NCBI GenBank assembly: GCA_964559905.1
Contig: CAZLJT010000001.1
Location: 1-51,258, forward strand
Length of the DNA: 51,258 nucleotides
Source of the DNA: an uncultured Aquiflexum sp.
Lineage (GTDB): Bacteria; Bacteroidota; Bacteroidia; Cytophagales; Cyclobacteriaceae
Direction: 5' to 3'
The position numbers and the translations under genes are program-made. This document shows, piece after piece, positions 1 through 9,305 of this stretch. Below the pieces are notes generated by a model. That model was given only the letters and a program-made list of their open reading frames with translations, was not told the DNA's origin and made no database searches. Every line of letters begins with the position of its first letter. Position 1 is the first letter of the stretch.

Positions 1-1067
1 GTGATCCTTATGTCATCAGGGTCAAGATACCAAGAAAGGAAGAAGTTAGGCTGAATGACATGATCCGTGGTTGGGTGATGGTGCATTCCAGTACCTTGGA
101 TGACAAAGTATTGATGAAATCAGATGGCATGCCAACTTATCATTTGGCCAATATCGTTGATGACCACTTAATGAAAATCACCCATGTGATCAGAGGAGAG
201 GAGTGGTTACCTTCTGCGCCTTTGCATGTATTGCTATATAAATATTTTGGATGGGAGGATACCATGCCCCAGTTTGCACATCTTCCGCTTTTGTTGAAAC
301 CTGACGGAAATGGAAAACTTTCCAAGCGCGATGCAGACAAGCACGGTTTCCCGGTATTTCCCATGGATTGGGTAGACCCAAATACGGGTGATAAGGCAAT
401 GGGTTTCCGGGAACAGGGTTATCTTCCTGATGCATTTCTCAATTTCCTTGCGTTTTTGGGTTGGAATCCCGGTGACCATAGGGAGCTTTTTTCTCTGGAG
501 GAATTGATAGAAGCTTTTTCCATAGAAAGAATAGGTAAATCAGGTACGAAATTTGATATCAATAAAGCAAAGTGGTACAATGAACAATATCTCAGAGCCA
601 AATCTGATGAGGAACTTGCCGCATACCTTCTTGATGATCTTGAAAAAGAGAATATAAGTTTAGACCCTGTTAAAGGCGCCCAAATTGCTCATATCATAAA
701 GGAAAGGGCAACTTTCCCAACTGATTTATGGAAAGAAGGAAAGTTTATGGTCCAAGCCCCGACGGAATTTGATGAGGCCGTGGCTTCCAAAAAATGGAAC
801 AATGAAGCCGTTACTGTGTTGGATACCTATAAAGAAAAACTGGAACGTTACACCGGAGAATTCAATGCCGAATCCGCTAAATCTATTTTGGAAGAGGCGG
901 CAGAGTCCAATGGAATCAAACTCGGAAAGGTTATGCAGGCAGTAAGATTGGCTGTTACAGGTGTAGGTGCAGGACCTGACCTGATGGCAGTGTTCAGCAT
1001 TATTGGTAAAGAAGAACTAATCAAAAGAATATCATATTCGTTAGATAAGCTAAAGGTAAATCTTTGA
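1..1067 (+). CDS. gltX: Glutamate--tRNA ligase, 5'-truncated by window edge
   Basis: DGMPTYHLANIVDDHLMKITHVIRGEEW, KLSKR (KMSKS-type) motif and C-terminal anticodon-binding helices; the frame is open upstream of the ATG at 60. Confidence 0.97.
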   Translation, partial: DPYVIRVKIPRKEEVRLNDMIRGWVMVHSSTLDDKVLMKSDGMPTYHLANIVDDHLMKITHVIRGEEWLPSAPLHVLLYKYFGWEDTMPQFAHLPLLLKPDGNGKLSKRDADKHGFPVFPMDWVDPNTGDKAMGFREQGYLPDAFLNFLAFLGWNPGDHRELFSLEELIEAFSIERIGKSGTKFDINKAKWYNEQYLRAKSDEELAAYLLDDLEKENISLDPVKGAQIAHIIKERATFPTDLWKEGKFMVQAPTEFDEAVASKKWNNEAVTVLDTYKEKLERYTGEFNAESAKSILEEAAESNGIKLGKVMQAVRLAVTGVGAGPDLMAVFSIIGKEELIKRISYSLDKLKVNL

Positions 1068-1071
1068 AAAC

Positions 1072-1278
1072 ATGACTAAGAAATCAAAAAAAGAAGAAAC
1101 TCCTAAAGTCCATAAAGATCTTGAAGGTTTTAAAATGAACATCAATTCCTTTGGTGAAATTTCCAGTAGTTTTCCAATTGATAAAATAAACGAATTTCTG
1201 AACAAAAACGTAGAAGATAAAAAGTTAAAGGATAGAGAGGATATTGACGATATCAAAGATGGAGCAAAGAAGAAGTGA
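1072..1278 (+). CDS. Small conserved hypothetical protein (68 aa, charged)
   Basis: ATG 4 nt after the gltX stop; sequence PKVHKDLEGF..INSFGEI..IDKINEFLNKNVEDKKL looks like real protein. Confidence 0.75.
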   Translation: MTKKSKKEETPKVHKDLEGFKMNINSFGEISSSFPIDKINEFLNKNVEDKKLKDREDIDDIKDGAKKK

Positions 1279-1342
1279 AAAATTCATGATTTGAGAAAAT
1301 ATTTTGAAAAGCACAGGCCAATTTTGGATTTTTTTTTTTTAT

Positions 1343-1365
1343 AACTAAACTTACCAAGTTTAGTT
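1343..1365. promoter_or_regulatory. Perfect 10-3-10 inverted repeat AACTAAACTT-acc-AAGTTTAGTT, preceded by a T12 run (1329-1340)
   Basis: Read directly; lies 45 nt upstream of the ATG at 1411; function inferred (operator or hairpin). Confidence 0.45.
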
Positions 1366-1410
1366 GGACTTCCTATTCCAACCAATATTAATCCTATTTA
1401 TATTCTTTGT

Positions 1411-4182
1411 ATGAAAAAACATGTTTTATTGCTGGTACTTTTTGTTTTGCCCTATTTAGGATATTCTCAATCAGGGTCAATAATAGGAAAGGTTACGGAC
1501 AGTCAGACCGGGGAACCCCTTCCTTTTTGTAATGTGTTTATCAACAATACCACCATCGCCACGACAACTGATATTGATGGAAATTTCATTTTGGAAAATA
1601 TCCCCATTGGTGAATTGGAAATTGGATTTTCTTTTGTAGGATTTGAGGCTGTTCAAAAACCCGTTTCTGTAAAGGCTGATTCAAAGCTTACTATCAATGT
1701 GAGCTTGGTTTCTTTTGAGCAGGAACTCTCTGATGTAGAAATCAAAGCTTCCCGTGATAGGGCCTGGGAGAGAGATTTAAGAAAATTCAAAAATTATTTT
1801 TTGGGCAATGATAACCTGGCTGCACAATGTGAAATCCTCAATCCTTGGGTGATTGATTTTCCTTTGGACAATTCCAACAACAATTTTCGGGCAAATGGTC
1901 TTCAACCTATCGAAATCAGAAATGATGCTTTGGGCTATTTATTGACTTTTGATCTCAAAGAGTTTGTTTTTACTCCCCAATTCTACATCATTTCTGGTGC
2001 AAGCAGGTTTGTTGAAATTGAAACAGAAGATCCTAAAATCAAAGAAAAATGGCAAAAAAACCGCTTGGACACTTATCTCAAATCCCCTGCGAATATGTTT
2101 CGTTCTATGATTCAAAACAATCACAATCAGGAAGGATTCTTTATTTATGGAGATAAGGCAGGAGGTTCTGAAACTTCAAACATGAGGTCTGATGTATTTG
2201 CAAATGAATTGGGCAAATCAATAGTTGAATACAAACCCGGAAACCTGGTAAGTGCTGGCCGAAAACCCGGAGAATACCGGATTTTAATGAAAGGAAGAAT
2301 TGAGATCCATTATGAAAAAGGGTATAGTACTGTCAATACCTATAAAGATGCTCCCTATCCGATCTCATGGCTAGAGGTAAATGGAAATTATGTCCATGTC
2401 AATCAAAATGGAATGGTTCTCAATCCTAAGGATGTTACTTTTTCCGGAGATATGGATAAACGAAAAATAGCTACACTTCTTCCTTTGGATTATATTCCAA
2501 ATCTTGATAACAGGGTAGATACCCAACTTGCAAAAGATGCCAACAGCCTTCAAGAACAAGTGTATTTGCATACAGATCGCCCATATTATTATCAAGGTGA
2601 ACAAGTAATGTTCAAAGCCTATTTCCAATATAAGAATCCGGAAATGAAAAGGGATTTGAGTAGAATTCTTTATGTGGAATTGATTTCGGGAAATAGGGAT
2701 TTGATTGTTCAAAAGAAATTTAAAATTGAGAACGGTCAGGCGATTGGGGATATTTATCTTCCTGATACGTTAAATCAAAAAGAATATTACCTTAGAGCTT
2801 ATACCAACTGGAACAGAAATTATGGGCCTGATAGTTATTTTGTCAAAGCATTTCCTGTACTTTCTCCCTTTGATAGGATCTTTTCTTCGGAATTAGATCA
2901 GGAATCAACCAAATCGGTCGTAACGACCTTTGCTACAGATAAGGAGAGTTATGGAAAGAGGGAAAAAGTTTTTTTAGAGATTTCCCTTAAAGATGAAAAT
3001 GGAAATCCAGCTGTCGCCAATCTATCTGTCTCTATTTGGGATACTTATTATGTATCTGCCAATCGTGGGGCAATCCAAATTGGCAACAGCCTCCTGATCA
3101 AAGAAGTGCCAAAGGATATAACCATTGAGAAATTCACTTATCCACTTGAAAAAGAATGGAATGTAAAAGGAAGGTTTTTAAATGACAAAGGAAAACCCAC
3201 CCCTACACCATTCACGGTATATTTAAATAATTTTGAGGGAATACTCGATATGGAAACCGAGAATGATGGCAGTTTCACTTTGGAGGCCATGGATTTTTAT
3301 GGTCCTGTGGATTTTGCCTTTATAGCTTTAGATAAAAAAGGGAAAGCATTTGGAACATTTGAACTCACCGAGAATTTAAAACCCCCGTTTTTTGTGCCAT
3401 CTACCATCAAATTTCCCAAAATCACAACGACCGATCAATCCATTTTCAAGGATTTTTCTGAAGGAGAAGATATTGTAAGTCTTCAGCAGGTGACTGTAGA
3501 AACACAAAAAGTTGACAATACAACACAGGCCATTTATGGCAATGCAGACTATGTGGTGTCCGGAGATAGGTTGAATAAAAATGGGAGCTTGACAGATTTA
3601 TTGAATAGCCTGAAAAACAATGTCCCCGGGATGACTGTCACTACAAACCTTGAAATCAGGATTCGGGGAGGAGCAACTTCTGCCAATCTTTCCATGGAAC
3701 CTCTTGTTTTGATAGATGGGGCAGTTTTTCCTACAGGACTTGGGGTAAAGGCAGCGGATAATATTGCTACCATTAATCCAAACGATATTGAAAGAATAGA
3801 GGTCGTCAGCAGAATGAGTTCTATGATGGGAGATTTAGGTCGAAATGGAATTATAGCCATTTACCTCAAGCGGGGAGGTGTTCCATCTCTTCCTTTGTTC
3901 ACCGAAAATACTCTTGGATTGAACAGATTGGTTATTGATGGATTTGGTTATGGCGGAAATTTCGTTCCATTTGATTACGGCACAGCAGAGGAACTTCCTG
4001 AAATTGATCAGCGAGTGACCTTATATTGGAATCCTCACCTGGTTACCGACAGTGAATCAGGAAAAATATCTTTGGAGTTCCATACTAACGATTCCGAAGG
4101 TCAGAAAATAGTCGTTTTGGAGGGATTGACCATAGATGGAAAACCTATTAGAGCCACCTATTTGATACCTATAAAAAATTGA
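1411..4182 (+). CDS. Exported protein: carboxypeptidase-regulatory-like domain + MG2-like domain + TonB-dependent plug domain, no beta-barrel
   Basis: Signal peptide; IIGKVTDSQTGEPLPFCNVFI..TDIDGNF; EQVYLHTDRPYY..GE; YYLRAYTNW; plug motif EPLVLIDG..INPNDIERIEV..GRNGIIAIYLK; C-terminal RVTLYWNP. Confidence 0.8.
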   Translation: MKKHVLLLVLFVLPYLGYSQSGSIIGKVTDSQTGEPLPFCNVFINNTTIATTTDIDGNFILENIPIGELEIGFSFVGFEAVQKPVSVKADSKLTINVSLVSFEQELSDVEIKASRDRAWERDLRKFKNYFLGNDNLAAQCEILNPWVIDFPLDNSNNNFRANGLQPIEIRNDALGYLLTFDLKEFVFTPQFYIISGASRFVEIETEDPKIKEKWQKNRLDTYLKSPANMFRSMIQNNHNQEGFFIYGDKAGGSETSNMRSDVFANELGKSIVEYKPGNLVSAGRKPGEYRILMKGRIEIHYEKGYSTVNTYKDAPYPISWLEVNGNYVHVNQNGMVLNPKDVTFSGDMDKRKIATLLPLDYIPNLDNRVDTQLAKDANSLQEQVYLHTDRPYYYQGEQVMFKAYFQYKNPEMKRDLSRILYVELISGNRDLIVQKKFKIENGQAIGDIYLPDTLNQKEYYLRAYTNWNRNYGPDSYFVKAFPVLSPFDRIFSSELDQESTKSVVTTFATDKESYGKREKVFLEISLKDENGNPAVANLSVSIWDTYYVSANRGAIQIGNSLLIKEVPKDITIEKFTYPLEKEWNVKGRFLNDKGKPTPTPFTVYLNNFEGILDMETENDGSFTLEAMDFYGPVDFAFIALDKKGKAFGTFELTENLKPPFFVPSTIKFPKITTTDQSIFKDFSEGEDIVSLQQVTVETQKVDNTTQAIYGNADYVVSGDRLNKNGSLTDLLNSLKNNVPGMTVTTNLEIRIRGGATSANLSMEPLVLIDGAVFPTGLGVKAADNIATINPNDIERIEVVSRMSSMMGDLGRNGIIAIYLKRGGVPSLPLFTENTLGLNRLVIDGFGYGGNFVPFDYGTAEELPEIDQRVTLYWNPHLVTDSESGKISLEFHTNDSEGQKIVVLEGLTIDGKPIRATYLIPIKN

Positions 4183-4239
4183 GGCTGAGTTATTCGGAAT
4201 ACAATGGACAAAATACCCCAACAAAACTTAATTTTACGC

Positions 4240-4899
4240 ATGTATTTTAAAGGATTTTGTCTTTTTTTCATTTTAATGATCTTGTCTTTGGGTAATACCT
4301 CGGCCCAAACAAGTTTTGGAATAAGGGCTGGATATTCAATATCCAGAATGGCTTACCTGTATGAATTGGGAAGACCCTCAATACGAACAAGTGGTATATC
4401 CGCTCCAACATTTTCCTTTGTTTTGGAACATTTCAACAATAAAAATGCCGGTGTCCAAGTTGAATTGCAATACCTGACTTTGGGCTATACTCAGGAGTCC
4501 GATGAAGGGGAAATCAATCAGACAGAGTTGGAATTCTTAAAAATCCCATTATTAGCAAATTTCTATGCAGGAAATAGTGGAAGGTTTCATATCAAAATAG
4601 GACCTCATATCGGCTACATGGTTAATGCCACTGACGTTTTGAGGGAATTTGAAGATCCAACCAATCTGCCAACTTATGGTGGTGCCACTGATGATCCAAA
4701 CAAATTTATGTATGGATTGACGGGGGGCGCAGGATTGTCTAAATTATTCGGAAAAAACACCCTTGAAGGAGATGTTAGGTTTTCTTATGAATTTGGTAGA
4801 CCGGAAAGTCAGGACAGGATTTTTGATATGAATTCAACCAATATTGAAATTACATTGACCTATCTATTCCAAGTAGCAAAAACAAAACTCCAAAAATAA
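4240..4899 (+). CDS. Outer-membrane beta-barrel protein (porin family/PorT-like); ORF extends to 4204
   Basis: Signal peptide then FGIRAGY, FLKIPLL, IKIGPHIGY, alternating beta-strand pattern and terminal ITLTYLF. Confidence 0.8.
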   Translation: MYFKGFCLFFILMILSLGNTSAQTSFGIRAGYSISRMAYLYELGRPSIRTSGISAPTFSFVLEHFNNKNAGVQVELQYLTLGYTQESDEGEINQTELEFLKIPLLANFYAGNSGRFHIKIGPHIGYMVNATDVLREFEDPTNLPTYGGATDDPNKFMYGLTGGAGLSKLFGKNTLEGDVRFSYEFGRPESQDRIFDMNSTNIEITLTYLFQVAKTKLQK

Positions 4900-4967
4900 C
4901 TTCAAAAGGAACTAATCCTTTGCTTTGGTGGTATAAGGGAGTAAGTATCTGAAAAAAATGATCTATC

Positions 4968-5549
4968 ATGTTACAAGCACAAAAAAGACCCGTACATATT
5001 TACCTTGAGGCAAACCCCAATCCTAATTCTTTGAAATTTGTAGTGAACTTGATGTTGGCTGATGAAGGAGTGAGTTTTGATTATCCAGATCAGGCCAGCA
5101 CTGAAAACTCGCCTTTGGCCCATGAATTGTTCAATTTTGCTTCAGTTGAAAGGGTTTTTATTGCTTCAAATTTTGTCACTGTCACCAAAAAAGGCGATGT
5201 GGATTGGATAGAAATTCAGGACTTTATCAGAGATCATATCAAAAAATATCTGGAATCAGGCAAATCAGCCGTTCAGTTTAATTTTGATAAAGACCCGCTT
5301 TTTGATGAAAATGATTCTGAAACTGTCAAGAAAATCAAGGGAATATTGGATGAATATATCCGTCCTGCAGTAGAACAAGATGGCGGCGCCATCGTTTTTC
5401 ACAGCTTTCAAGATGGGATAGTAAAAGTATTGTTGCAGGGGAGCTGTTCGGGTTGCCCTTCCAGCACGGTTACCTTAAAAGCAGGTATCCAGAACCTTTT
5501 GACAAGAATGTTGCCGGAAGTAAAAGAAGTACAGGCAGAGGGAGTTTGA
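4968..5549 (+). CDS. NifU/Nfu-type Fe-S cluster scaffold (Nfu_N + NifU domains)
   Basis: EANPNPNSLKF N-domain; IRPAVEQDGG..LQGSCSGCPSSTVTLKAGI CxxC motif. Confidence 0.93.
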   Translation: MLQAQKRPVHIYLEANPNPNSLKFVVNLMLADEGVSFDYPDQASTENSPLAHELFNFASVERVFIASNFVTVTKKGDVDWIEIQDFIRDHIKKYLESGKSAVQFNFDKDPLFDENDSETVKKIKGILDEYIRPAVEQDGGAIVFHSFQDGIVKVLLQGSCSGCPSSTVTLKAGIQNLLTRMLPEVKEVQAEGV

Positions 5550-5553
5550 TCTG

Positions 5554-6624
5554 ATGTTTCGTGGTAATTGGACGTGGACGTTGTTAGGCCTGATCGGCAT
5601 TCTGGTCAGGCATTTTGCCATTAAATACCCTGATAAAACAGAAGAATTATATTCCAGGACTTTATTCCCCGGAATAAGAAATCTAGTGGACAAAACTATT
5701 TCACAATTGCCTTTTGCGACAGTTTATATTTTTGTTGCTTCTGTCTTTGTTTTTATAGGCATCTATTTTTATCACCTTTTCAGGAAAGAAGGTTGGAAAA
5801 ATAAACTGGGATATTCCATCAGGTCTTTGAGCAATTCTTTGGGAGCACTCGTGTTTCTTTTTTTAATCCTTTGGGGTTACAATTATCAACGTGTTCCGAT
5901 TTTTGAGCAAATCGGGATGAAGCCCCTACCCCTAAGTCAGGAACAACTCATGGGTGAACTACAACTGACCAGAAATATTCTGAATCAATTGCGGTACAAT
6001 ATTGAGGAGGATACGGTAGCTATCGAAAGTATCATGGATTATCCTGACTTGGAAAAACTGGTTAGGGCCAATATGCGTGAGAATCTTTTTTTATTGGGGT
6101 TGAATTTTACAGGGGAACCACGTACCAAGCAATTTTATCCAGCGGGCTTTATGAGAAGGATGGGGATTTTGGGCATATATTTTCCCTATACTGCTGAAAG
6201 TTATATTGATCCAACTTTACATCCTTTGGAAAAGCCTTTTACCATTGCCCATGAAATGGCACATAGCTATGGGGTAACGGATGAGGGGGAGGCCAACTTT
6301 ATCGGATGGGTGATTTGCTCCAATTCAGACGATCCCTTACTGCAATATTCAGGTCAGCTGAAGTTGCTTCGGTATCAGATGAATGACCTTTACAGGATGT
6401 CAAAGGAAGATTTTGCAGCTTTTTATAAAACCTTACCGACAGGAATAAGGAATGATTTGGTTTCCATTCAGATTGCCCAACAAAAAATCAAACCCTTCAA
6501 TCTCGAAATCAGCCGCAAGTCCAATGATCTCTTCCTTAAAACCCAAGGTGTCAAAGCCGGCGTCAACAGCTATCAACAATTGCCTATGTTGGCTTTTGCC
6601 TGGAGGAATAGTTTGAAAGAGTAG
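5554..6624 (+). CDS. DUF3810-family membrane-anchored putative zinc metallopeptidase
   Basis: N-terminal TMs, LWGYNYQR, GIYFPYTAES, HEXXH motif AHEMAH followed by EGEANF. Confidence 0.85.
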   Translation: MFRGNWTWTLLGLIGILVRHFAIKYPDKTEELYSRTLFPGIRNLVDKTISQLPFATVYIFVASVFVFIGIYFYHLFRKEGWKNKLGYSIRSLSNSLGALVFLFLILWGYNYQRVPIFEQIGMKPLPLSQEQLMGELQLTRNILNQLRYNIEEDTVAIESIMDYPDLEKLVRANMRENLFLLGLNFTGEPRTKQFYPAGFMRRMGILGIYFPYTAESYIDPTLHPLEKPFTIAHEMAHSYGVTDEGEANFIGWVICSNSDDPLLQYSGQLKLLRYQMNDLYRMSKEDFAAFYKTLPTGIRNDLVSIQIAQQKIKPFNLEISRKSNDLFLKTQGVKAGVNSYQQLPMLAFAWRNSLKE

Positions 6625-6700
6625 CATATTCTATTTCAAAAAATTCTCTTTTTTGTTCTACCAATCTGCAGATTCTAATTTAATTTTGATTGTTTTTAAT

Positions 6701-6795
6701 ATCGTCCGTGCTTAAGGCACTTTAGAATTCAAACCTAATCTGTAATCCCGGCAATAAATTAGCGGGCTATTATTTCGGCGATTCCCACGGCATTT
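6701..6795. repeat. Degenerate REP-like multi-hairpin element between convergent genes
   Basis: GTGC-ttaag-GCAC and near-palindrome CCCGGCAATAAATTAGCGGG, then a decayed second half ending CCCACGGCAT. Confidence 0.5.
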
Positions 6796-6817
6796 TTAAC
6801 CCTAAATCCATACTATT

Positions 6818-6866
6818 TCTCGGTTCTCGCATCTCACGTCTCACGTCTAAAATCTCAAGTCTTCCT
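6818..6866. repeat. 7-nt-period TCTNNNN tract directly 3' of the pdxJ stop
   Basis: TCTCGGT TCTCGCA TCTCACG TCTCACG TCTAAAA TCTCAAG TCTTCCT. Confidence 0.8.
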
Positions 6867-7581
6867 AATCCTCCAACTGCCTCCTATACATCTGGATAGT
6901 ATTCTCCAATCCAAAATACAAGGCATCGCAAATCAGCGCATGCCCAATAGATACTTCATCCAAAAACGGAATATTTTTTTTCAGGAACTGAAGATTATGC
7001 AGATCCAGGTCATGGCCGGCATTGAGGCCTAAGCCCAGTTCTCTGGCAAGGAGCGCTACTTCAACATAAGGTTTGACTGCGGCATTCCTATCCTTAGGAA
7101 AAAGAGTTGCATAAGGTTCCGTATAAAGTTCCACCCGGTCAGTACCAGTCGTTTTGGCGGGCTCAAAATATTTGGTCTCCGGATTGATAAAAATGGAAAC
7201 CCTGGTGCCTGACTCATGTAGTTCGGCTACAATGTCCTTGAGCATTTCCTGATGGGTGATGGTGTCCCATCCATTATTGGAGGTGAGTACATGTGGAGGG
7301 TCGGGAACCAAGGTGGCCTGTGCCGGTCGGACCAAGCGGATGATTTCCATAAATCTCTTGTCGGGATATCCTTCAATGTTGAATTCGGTAGTCACCACTT
7401 TGGACAGATCAATGACATCCTGGTAACGGATATGTCTTTCATCAGGTCTCGGGTGCACAGTTATGCCCTGTGCGCCAAACCTTTCACAGTCCAAAGCAAC
7501 TTTTACAACATCCGGATTATTGGCCCCCCTTGCATTCCTTAGGGTGGCTATCTTATTAATATTTACACTCAGTTTGGTCAT
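6865..7581 (-). CDS. pdxJ: Pyridoxine 5'-phosphate synthase
   Basis: [51 protein letters not shown]. Confidence 0.98.
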   Translation of the reverse strand: MTKLSVNINKIATLRNARGANNPDVVKVALDCERFGAQGITVHPRPDERHIRYQDVIDLSKVVTTEFNIEGYPDKRFMEIIRLVRPAQATLVPDPPHVLTSNNGWDTITHQEMLKDIVAELHESGTRVSIFINPETKYFEPAKTTGTDRVELYTEPYATLFPKDRNAAVKPYVEVALLARELGLGLNAGHDLDLHNLQFLKKNIPFLDEVSIGHALICDALYFGLENTIQMYRRQLED

Positions 7582-7598
7582 TTTCCTAAATTAAAAGA

Positions 7599-7617
7599 TA
7601 ATTTTGTTACAAATTTA
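7599..7617. promoter_or_regulatory. Two opposed Bacteroidota -7 promoter elements (TAnnTTTG), for yqeY (+) and pdxJ (-)
   Basis: TAATTTTG at 7599-7606 (+) and TAAATTTG at 7617-7610 (-) within the 61-nt divergent gap. Confidence 0.6.
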
Positions 7618-7642
7618 CACCTATAACACAAACAACAAGACT

Positions 7643-8092
7643 ATGAGTTTAAAGCCAAGTGTAGAAAGTGAAATTAAAAAAGCCATGTTGGCCAAGGACA
7701 AGGATAGGTTAAGGGCCCTTAGGGCTATTAAGTCTTTGATTTTGTTGGAAGAAACCAAAGGTGGCAGTAAGGGAGAAATCAGTTCTGAAGATGAACTCAA
7801 GCTGCTCACAAAAGCAGCAAAGCAGAGAAAAGATTCAGCCGATATTTACAAACAGCAAAACAGGGAAGACCTTTATGCCGTGGAAATGGCAGAGCTTGAA
7901 ATCATCAATGAGTTTTTGCCCAAGCAATTGACTGAAGAGGAACTGGAAGCGGCCCTTAAAAAAATAATAAGCGATGTGGGTGCCGAAGGTCCAAAGGACA
8001 TGGGAAAAGTTATGGGCGTAGCTACCAAGGAATTGGCCGGAAAAGCAGACGGCAAGGCCATTTCCCAAAAGGTAAAAGCCTTGTTGGGATGA
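7643..8092 (+). CDS. GatB/YqeY domain protein
   Basis: IKKAMLAKDK..LRAIKS..KQRKDS..FLPKQL..DMGKVMG..GKADGK; ATG at 7643 preferred over TTG at 7604. Confidence 0.93.
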   Translation: MSLKPSVESEIKKAMLAKDKDRLRALRAIKSLILLEETKGGSKGEISSEDELKLLTKAAKQRKDSADIYKQQNREDLYAVEMAELEIINEFLPKQLTEEELEAALKKIISDVGAEGPKDMGKVMGVATKELAGKADGKAISQKVKALLG

Positions 8093-8104
8093 TTATATTA
8101 AAGC

Positions 8105-8647
8105 ATGCTGGATCTGATCATTATCATATTTTTGGCTATTGGGGCCTATAGCGGTTACAAGCAGGGATTGTTTATCAGCATCCTATCCATTGTTGCTTTT
8201 GTCATTGCAATTATCCTTGCTTTTCATTTTATGGATTGGGGGACGACCATACTGGCAGAAAGGGTGGATCAGCTTACTTTTTTTCTACCCTTTGTGGCTT
8301 TCCTGATGATATTTCTTGGTGTGATATTAATCATCAGAGGCTTGGCCTATTTGGTGAAAAAAACATTGGATTTTACCATTTTGGGTTCTGTGGACAGTGT
8401 TGCAGGTGGGATAATTGGAATTTTTAAAACAGCCTTTATTTTGAGTCTTTTTCTATGGGTTGCCAATTCTTTTGAGTTTTCTGTCCCAAAGGATTGGATA
8501 GAAGATTCAAAGTCATACAGTTATGTCGAACCTATCGCTCCTTTCGTCATTATGTATTTGGATCAGTTTACGCCAATCATCAAAGATACCATTGCGGGTA
8601 TACAGGAACTGGTAAAGTTAGCAGCAGATGGTGTTGTTGATAGATAA
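8105..8647 (+). CDS. cvpA: CvpA (colicin V production) family membrane protein
   Basis: MLDLIII..GYKQGL, four TMs, LGSVDSVAGG. Confidence 0.88.
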   Translation: MLDLIIIIFLAIGAYSGYKQGLFISILSIVAFVIAIILAFHFMDWGTTILAERVDQLTFFLPFVAFLMIFLGVILIIRGLAYLVKKTLDFTILGSVDSVAGGIIGIFKTAFILSLFLWVANSFEFSVPKDWIEDSKSYSYVEPIAPFVIMYLDQFTPIIKDTIAGIQELVKLAADGVVDR

Positions 8648-9233
8648 TTTTGATTCATTTTCGCACATCTTGGCGGATTATTTCAAACAATCAGGTTTGG
8701 AGTTGTCAATATTCCGGAATGATGTAGAACTGGAAGAAATCATACAGCAGGATTGGGCAGGTCTGATTTTATCTCCAGGTCCCGAAACCCCATTTAGAGC
8801 TGGTAATTTGATGCGGATTTTGGATTATTACCATGACAAAATTCCTGTTTTGGGAATTTGTTTGGGGCATCAGGCTATTGGGGTATACTTCGGTGGGAAA
8901 CTGGAAAAATGTCAAAAACCGGTACACGGAAAAGTCCATTTGGTCCATCAAGTAAATGACCATGATTTGTTGAAAGGAATTCCTGAATCTTTTGAGGTGA
9001 CGAGATATCATTCCTTGGAAATTAGAGGAATTCCGGATTCTTTGAAGAAATTGTTGGAAACAAAAGAAGGTCAAATTATGGCGATGGTTCACTGTCATTT
9101 CCCAATAGTGGGAATTCAATATCACCCTGAGGCAGTACTTACCCAATATGGCAAAGAGATTATCAGGAATTGGATAAACTTTTGTAAGATTGGTGATTCA
9201 ATGGATAATCCTATTAAAGAAAATTTGGTTTAA
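8628..9233 (+). CDS. Aminodeoxychorismate/anthranilate synthase component II (class I glutamine amidotransferase, PabA/TrpG type)
   Basis: LLIDNFDSF, LSPGP, LGICLGHQ, TRYHSL, GIQYHPE (Cys-His-Glu triad). Confidence 0.93.
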   Translation: MVLLIDNFDSFSHILADYFKQSGLELSIFRNDVELEEIIQQDWAGLILSPGPETPFRAGNLMRILDYYHDKIPVLGICLGHQAIGVYFGGKLEKCQKPVHGKVHLVHQVNDHDLLKGIPESFEVTRYHSLEIRGIPDSLKKLLETKEGQIMAMVHCHFPIVGIQYHPEAVLTQYGKEIIRNWINFCKIGDSMDNPIKENLV

Positions 9234-9305
9234 TCCACGGTATCTCCAAACTACCGTGAATGGTTAACGTTTTATTATTCGGAATCAATTTAATATATTT
9301 AAACC

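Noticed and set aside
6818..6866. Heptamer tracts as CRISPR repeats or IS ends
   Set aside because: The period is 7 nt with no spacers, and there is no cas or transposase gene in the window.
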